Assembly: GCA_047495785.1 (NCBI GenBank)
Contig: JBLDXI010000043.1
Span: 1 to 64,000 of the forward strand
Length of the DNA stretch: 64,000 bases
Direction of reading: 5' to 3'
Source of the DNA: Lepidodermella squamata
Taxonomy: Eukaryota > Animalia > Gastrotricha
Both the position numbers and the translations under genes were made by a program. The notes under the pieces were generated by a model. That model saw only the letters and a program-made list of their open reading frames with translations. It was not told the DNA's origin and ran no database searches. Of the stretch, positions 58,536 through 64,000 are shown one piece after another. Numbering within the stretch: the first letter of the stretch is position 1; every line of letters begins with the position of its first letter.

Positions 58536-61280
58536 TCAAAAAAGCCAGTACAAATTGGTAAGAATTGCAGATATCGCAAGAACGAGAAGACCCGATTGAA
58601 TGCCGGTCGCCGTGGCATGGTAGTACGGATTATGGTCTTCCAGCGGACAGTTAAAATCAGTCTCCGATGACATGACGCTGAACAAGGCCGCTGAGCTCAC
58701 GGTGTCTAGCGAGGACGAAATCTGCTGAGCGGGTATCGTGAACTCTCCCGTCCCGTTGAAGGCCTGGCTGCGGAGGGTCGTCCGATCGTGCCATAGCATC
58801 TTAGTTTCAAACTGAGAACCCCCGACTGGGGCAAATCGAACCTGATCAGCCGTAACGGTATAGTCGAACTCGCCAGCGAAGAAGTGCAGCGCGGTTACTT
58901 CAGCCGGGAAGCTCGGTCTTTGAATGTCTAAGCGGTGGGCGCGGATTCGACCTCAACGCGTTGTAGTGATAACCTTCAAATTGTTCATTAATCTGATTCG
59001 TTGGATTGAATCGAAAGTCAGCCGGCGAGCGCGTTCCAACGTTGCGTCCGAGGCAGCGTCGCGAGGCATACCCGCTAAGCACCGCATGTAGTTCCAGTAA
59101 TTTATAGAGAGCTGGCGATGGCGGGGAAGACAAACAGCTCCTGCTCATGCGTAACATGGCCACCGAAGTCAATGCGCGCGTTTTTGCTAGAATTTCCCCC
59201 ACGACCTAGACCACACGCTGAGACGCCGTAAAAAGACTTATCTTCGGCGGTCCAATCAGCCGCATACATGGTCATGCCGTAGCGGTCGGGAAACGGGAAT
59301 TGGCTGTAGAGCTGGTACAGAGTCGACTTGATCATGCGGCGCAGTTCAGCGACTTTGGTGCCGGTTCCTAATAAAATAACAATTTAAAACCTCACTTTTC
59401 GATCTCATAGGATCTCTATAGCTCGATACAATGTGGGTCCTGGTTGAGAATTCAAGTAATTACCTTCAACTTCGATCGATCCAGCCTTGAAACGCTTTTC
59501 CCAGGCTGTAGTGTGTGTATTCAAAATCGAAGTTAAATCGTACGACTGGGCGTGGAACTCCTTGAACTCGTCGAGCGCGGACTATTCAAAGCATGAGAAA
59601 TTTGTTTTGAATTTGTTAATTGATTCCAATTATACCATCTTGTCCTTCGCGACGGTTTGAAGGATGACCATATCTGACTGAGACGCGCCCTTTTCGAAGT
59701 CGATGTGCAAGCTGGTAACGGCAGATGAGGTTTGGCTGTTGGAGTATATGGCTATCTCTGAATCGCTGCTGTCCGCGGCGCTATTTACGCTGACTATTCG
59801 TTGGCTAGACATGAACGTTGAAACAATTTTCGGCATTAATCTTTAAAAAATGTTTACAAGGCATCGACGCCCTCGATTACAGGGATCTGCTCTCCCGATT
59901 CAGATTGAGATCTTCACTGAAATACTTGTCGTCCAACAGTCGAACGTGATGCGTCGATAGCGAAAACGTTTTCGTTGTGCGGAACGGCGTCGCTTGTTTA
60001 CGAATCACGCGGATTGCGTGGAAAAATGTGCGCGAATAATAAGCGTGGATACCCATTATTCAACGGATGTGGAAGAGCGGGGTGTCGATCGTCTCTTCCC
60101 AGAGTGCTTGCGCGTAATTGAAGTAAAACGTTCGCTTCGAGTCATCGCTCCAAGTCCCGGTCGAGTCATCAGGTTGTTCTGAATCTGTCCGAATCTCACA
60201 TGTTCGATTGACTTTCATACGAAAACCCTTATGCCGAACATCGAATGCCCGAATGAATTTAGTCTGTTTTTGTCAGGGTATAAATGAGGTCCAAAGACGC
60301 CTCTATAAGCTATAAGCAGGGACCTTGCGGCACTTCCGGGTCAACGCAGAACAGCAGAAACACGAAACACGAGCGTCATGGCTGGCTACGTCGCCACGAG
60401 GACAGCCCATACCCCCCTCCGCCTTAACAGATGGACCAGGTTCAAGCTCTAAGTTGGAACAACAGACTTCGAAGGATATTAATCTTATTTTAATTTCGGT
60501 CAGATGACATCCGAACATATTATAGCTTTTCGTTGACCGATTTTTGTGGGGTTGAAAATACCGTTCTGACAAATGAGATTCGGACATTTGGGTGAACGCG
60601 GGTCAGTTGCGCGGCTGATGCGGAACATGGCGTAGTTTGGGATCCGAAACCTAGTCAAAAATGACCGGTCATTTATGCTGGCAGTGCGGTAATGACCGGC
60701 TAAGTATAAGAATTCCTATTAAAAAATATGTGAATTAATTTTAGCTTATCGTTAATAATAATAAAAAATCCAGACTATCGTTAAGCAAAACCTAATTTAC
60801 GGTGAGCAGAACCAAATTTGCATTTTGCGGAACCAGCGTCGAATGTTGCGCTGAATTTACTGGTGATTTTCAGAATTATTGTGGTAAATCTTGACGCGCA
60901 AGAAATATCCAAGTTATTTCAGGCCACTAGAATTGATTCCGCTCACCGTAAATTTGGCTCCAGTAAAAGGAGGGCCCAAAAATCATTTACATTGTAAACT
61001 GTGGTAGCGAGGATACGAGACGACAGCTCGGGAAGTTCTCGAGAATTGTAAATCGTCATTTGTAAATCGTTATTGCTCGAATTAGCCCATACGCCCCCAG
61101 GTAGCCTATATCGTGGAGTTTTCATTGGAGTTGGTAAATGCGACAGCTATTGATTTTCAACTTACATTGACGCCATAATCAGGTCCTCGTTAGGGTTTGC
61201 CGATAGAGACTCGTCCTCACTCTGCTGCGCTAACGATGACGCTGCAAAAGCGCGAAGACGAGAAAGGAACGCCTGAAAAG
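58536..61280 (-). CDS. GH65 / PGGHG-like multi-exon gene, degenerate, hydrophobic (GPI-like) C-terminus
   Basis: HTTAWEKRF..IEVE, IKSTLYQL, FYGVSACGL..GGHVTHEQE correspond to GH65 GLSPGGL..GHVFWD region; exon structure not fully resolved. Confidence 0.5.
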
Positions 61281-61974
61281 CAATCGATAAATTATGAATC
61301 AATTTTTGAATTCCACGATTTACATGTAAATCGGCTACGGTATGACAACAGTTACTTGGAAAAGTTGAAAAAATAAAAACAAGAGCACTACCCTCAACTG
61401 CCTACAGAACGAGTGGCTGCAATAATAATTGGAAGAAAGATTGCTGATAAGTTGCTGCTCTCAAACATGGTCATGCATAGTAAGGATTATCGCCAAGCCA
61501 TATCAACGGGCTTTTTTATATTCCATAGCACTTTTACTATTATTGGTTTGTTTTGGATACCCAATTTTCTCAGTTAATGATTAGCTATAGCATGCATCGT
61601 TTTGAACTGTCTGTGATTCATAGCGAGGTCCGGTGTTTTATTATCAGGGGGAATAGGTTGTTTTCGGCTTCGGCCCACAGTTTTCGCCAACTAAGCTACT
61701 TTAATGTAAAAGGGATGAAAAATGTGCAATGGCAAAGGTTATTTCAAATCCGGATCAGTGAAAATCATCCTAAACATAATAATAATAGGCAATAAGGCAA
61801 TTAAGTTACCAGAAACCAAAATATCACATCAAAACAAGTGAAAATTTGATGGAAAACTTCTGAATTTCCGAACACAGACTATTTAATATTCGTTTCAAAG
61901 ATTCTGATGCTACACAATTTATTTTCAATGGTGAAAGTATACAAAATGAGGATGTTAGCAATCAAGCTAAGCTT

Positions 61975-63372
61975 TTAATCAAGCAAAGGCTTCAGCCCAC
62001 CAACAAGCGATTCATAGCATGGCGGCATTGGCCCATAGTCATACATAACACTGTTGTAGTTCGGTGACATCTCCACAGGCACCGCAACAGGCATAGGCCG
62101 CTCTCCAAGGCCCCAAGCTCCCTCGCCAGTCCATCTTACAGCTTGGACTATTCCTTCCGTCTTCACCTGGTCGAAAACCACATCACCCTGGGGTCGCCTT
62201 GGTATAGTCCCGATAACAACTGGGAGGTACACTTTCAGGTCGAATGATCTAGGAACAATTAGGCCGATTTCTACGTGGTAGTTCACGCAGACTAGTGGTG
62301 AGGAGATTGAAGGAGCTACTGGGGGCAGTTTGAACGGAATCTTCTCCCATTCGGCGACGTTGTCGATTAGGGGCTTAAGTAGCTGAGCTGGTTTGAACGG
62401 CTCCATGGGCGTCATTGGGTAATCCTTAGAAGCAACGTGCTCGGATCCTGTATGAAAGTGGAAAGGTTCTGAATTTTTGCGAATCTAGGGCCTAAATTAG
62501 TCCAACCTCCTTTTTCTCGCATCACTTGGCGCTGGACTAATTTGACGTAGGGCTGAACTCCATGCCGCGAGCGGTTGATCAAAGTACCGCTTACTAGTAC
62601 AATGTCCTCTGCAATACATAAACCGAGTTATTGAGAAAGTATTTCTTCGGAACCAACCTGGGCAATAAGCGGCTCTATCGGTTTGGCCTTCGATTCTCAG
62701 CGGACCTTCGGTGCACAGCCCCCAGCATATCCTCTTCGCATCTTCGGCCAAAACTGGAAACTGGAATTATAGGACTTTGATTAGGGTAAAGCAGAGATCG
62801 CAAATATGATTACGTCGTACTGCATCAAATTGATGTCTATGAGTTGCAGAACTTTGATGGAACTATCCGCTATTTTTATGTCTTCCTCTTCGAAGGGAGA
62901 TGTTGCTTCGAGCCAATATCGAACGTAGCCATGCGGCCCCTCAAATGATGTACTGAGACTTAGGAAAGCAAAATCAACCAAGAAATCAGTAAAAGAAGGT
63001 CTTACTTCGAGGGGAGATGAAATGTGAACGGAATCAGTGAAATTCCATGCGTGATAGCTCCTTTGATCTCGGTTATTGCGAAATAAAAACTCTGAGATGC
63101 AAGTACTTACCATGAGGAATAATGACTTCTTGAGGTAGGCGCAGGAGTTCTTTGGTTTCATGATACGTTATGGTGATGGTTTCGTTAACGCCCCCGCTTT
63201 GGTTTGAGTAGGTCTCAGTCCAATAGACCCGGGACTTTCCGATTAAAGTCACGGTTATGCTCTTTAAAGGTAACTTGCCCTTGGCTATGATTTCACAGTA
63301 GCCATGAAGCAGCTCCCCGGCGTAGTAAAGCGTCTTTTCTTTGATGACAACAGATATCGAGTCCAACGACAT
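61975..63372 (-). CDS. Alpha-arrestin (ARRDC-like), multi-exon
   Basis: YYAGELLHG, GKSRVYWTE, TSFEGPHGYVRY, AYCPG, LPVVIGTIP, PPCY motif. Confidence 0.9.
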
Positions 63373-64000
63373 GTTTGTGATAGAAAAATGTGGGATTTTT
63401 TATATATTTTGCTGATGTCAAACTGTTGTTGTTTTTGAACGTGATTTTTGCTGACTGAAAGACATTAATCGCGATAAATCTGGCGCATCTTTCCCTTAAA
63501 TCGCGTCACGAAATAACGCACATGTCAATATTGGTCAAAAATCACGAGGGTTTCATTTTTCCTGTAATTTCGGTTTCAAAATAAATAGGTCGAAAGGCTG
63601 CTTCACTTACACAGCTCAATAACTGCCTTGAAACCGGTACAATTCCTAATGGACAAAAGATGAATTGTCCACCTGCCCATCACGTGATTCTACTTACATA
63701 CCACGCTGATGCACGCATGTAGCAAAATAAATTAACCCTGGACCCCGGATCAAATCGTGCGAAAATATCAAATGCACCATTATTCCGATTTATTTGTCAT
63801 AGATTGCCTTAATACATCGTTTATATCACCAATCACCAAATCACTGGGAACATGGAAGACTTGCAATCATTACAAGAGGTGGAATAGATTGGACTAGGTC
63901 TCTGATCACGAAAGCTCTTGAATGTAAGTTCGGTCAATTTCGAATTGCATCAGCAGAATTTACTGGCGCTTGTACTTGCGGACGCTCTTAACGCCGTTAG

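Overview
Eukaryotic (metazoan, short 50-62 nt GT-AG introns, plausibly a nematode or similar small invertebrate) genomic DNA, probably a contig start. Bases 1-24842 are part of a Maverick/Polinton (adintovirus-like) element: pPolB, integrase, packaging ATPase, adenain-like protease, major and minor capsid, PM/PW/PZ-like genes, plus an unusual TATA-binding-protein homolog. Core genes (MCP, ATPase, pPolB) carry spliceosomal introns. The element ends in ACTACT directly inside a PP1 phosphatase exon. It appears as an ~11.7 kb-arm fold-back palindrome (18-11694 / 11967-23640). The left arm is probably an assembly or amplification artefact: it holds all the frameshifts and two copies of a sequence I recognise as PacBio barcode bc1003. 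The rest of the window is host DNA with many MITEs, lineage-specific secreted-protein genes (a 2-copy and a 6-copy family), a serine-protease homolog, an ankyrin pseudogene, a GH65-like gene and an alpha-arrestin. The best candidate for a new system is a 4.8 kb element (42112-46898) bounded by 16-bp inverted repeats. It encodes a tyrosine recombinase and three membrane proteins, one with the cysteine spacing of GEX1/KAR5/Brambleberry nuclear-envelope fusion proteins.
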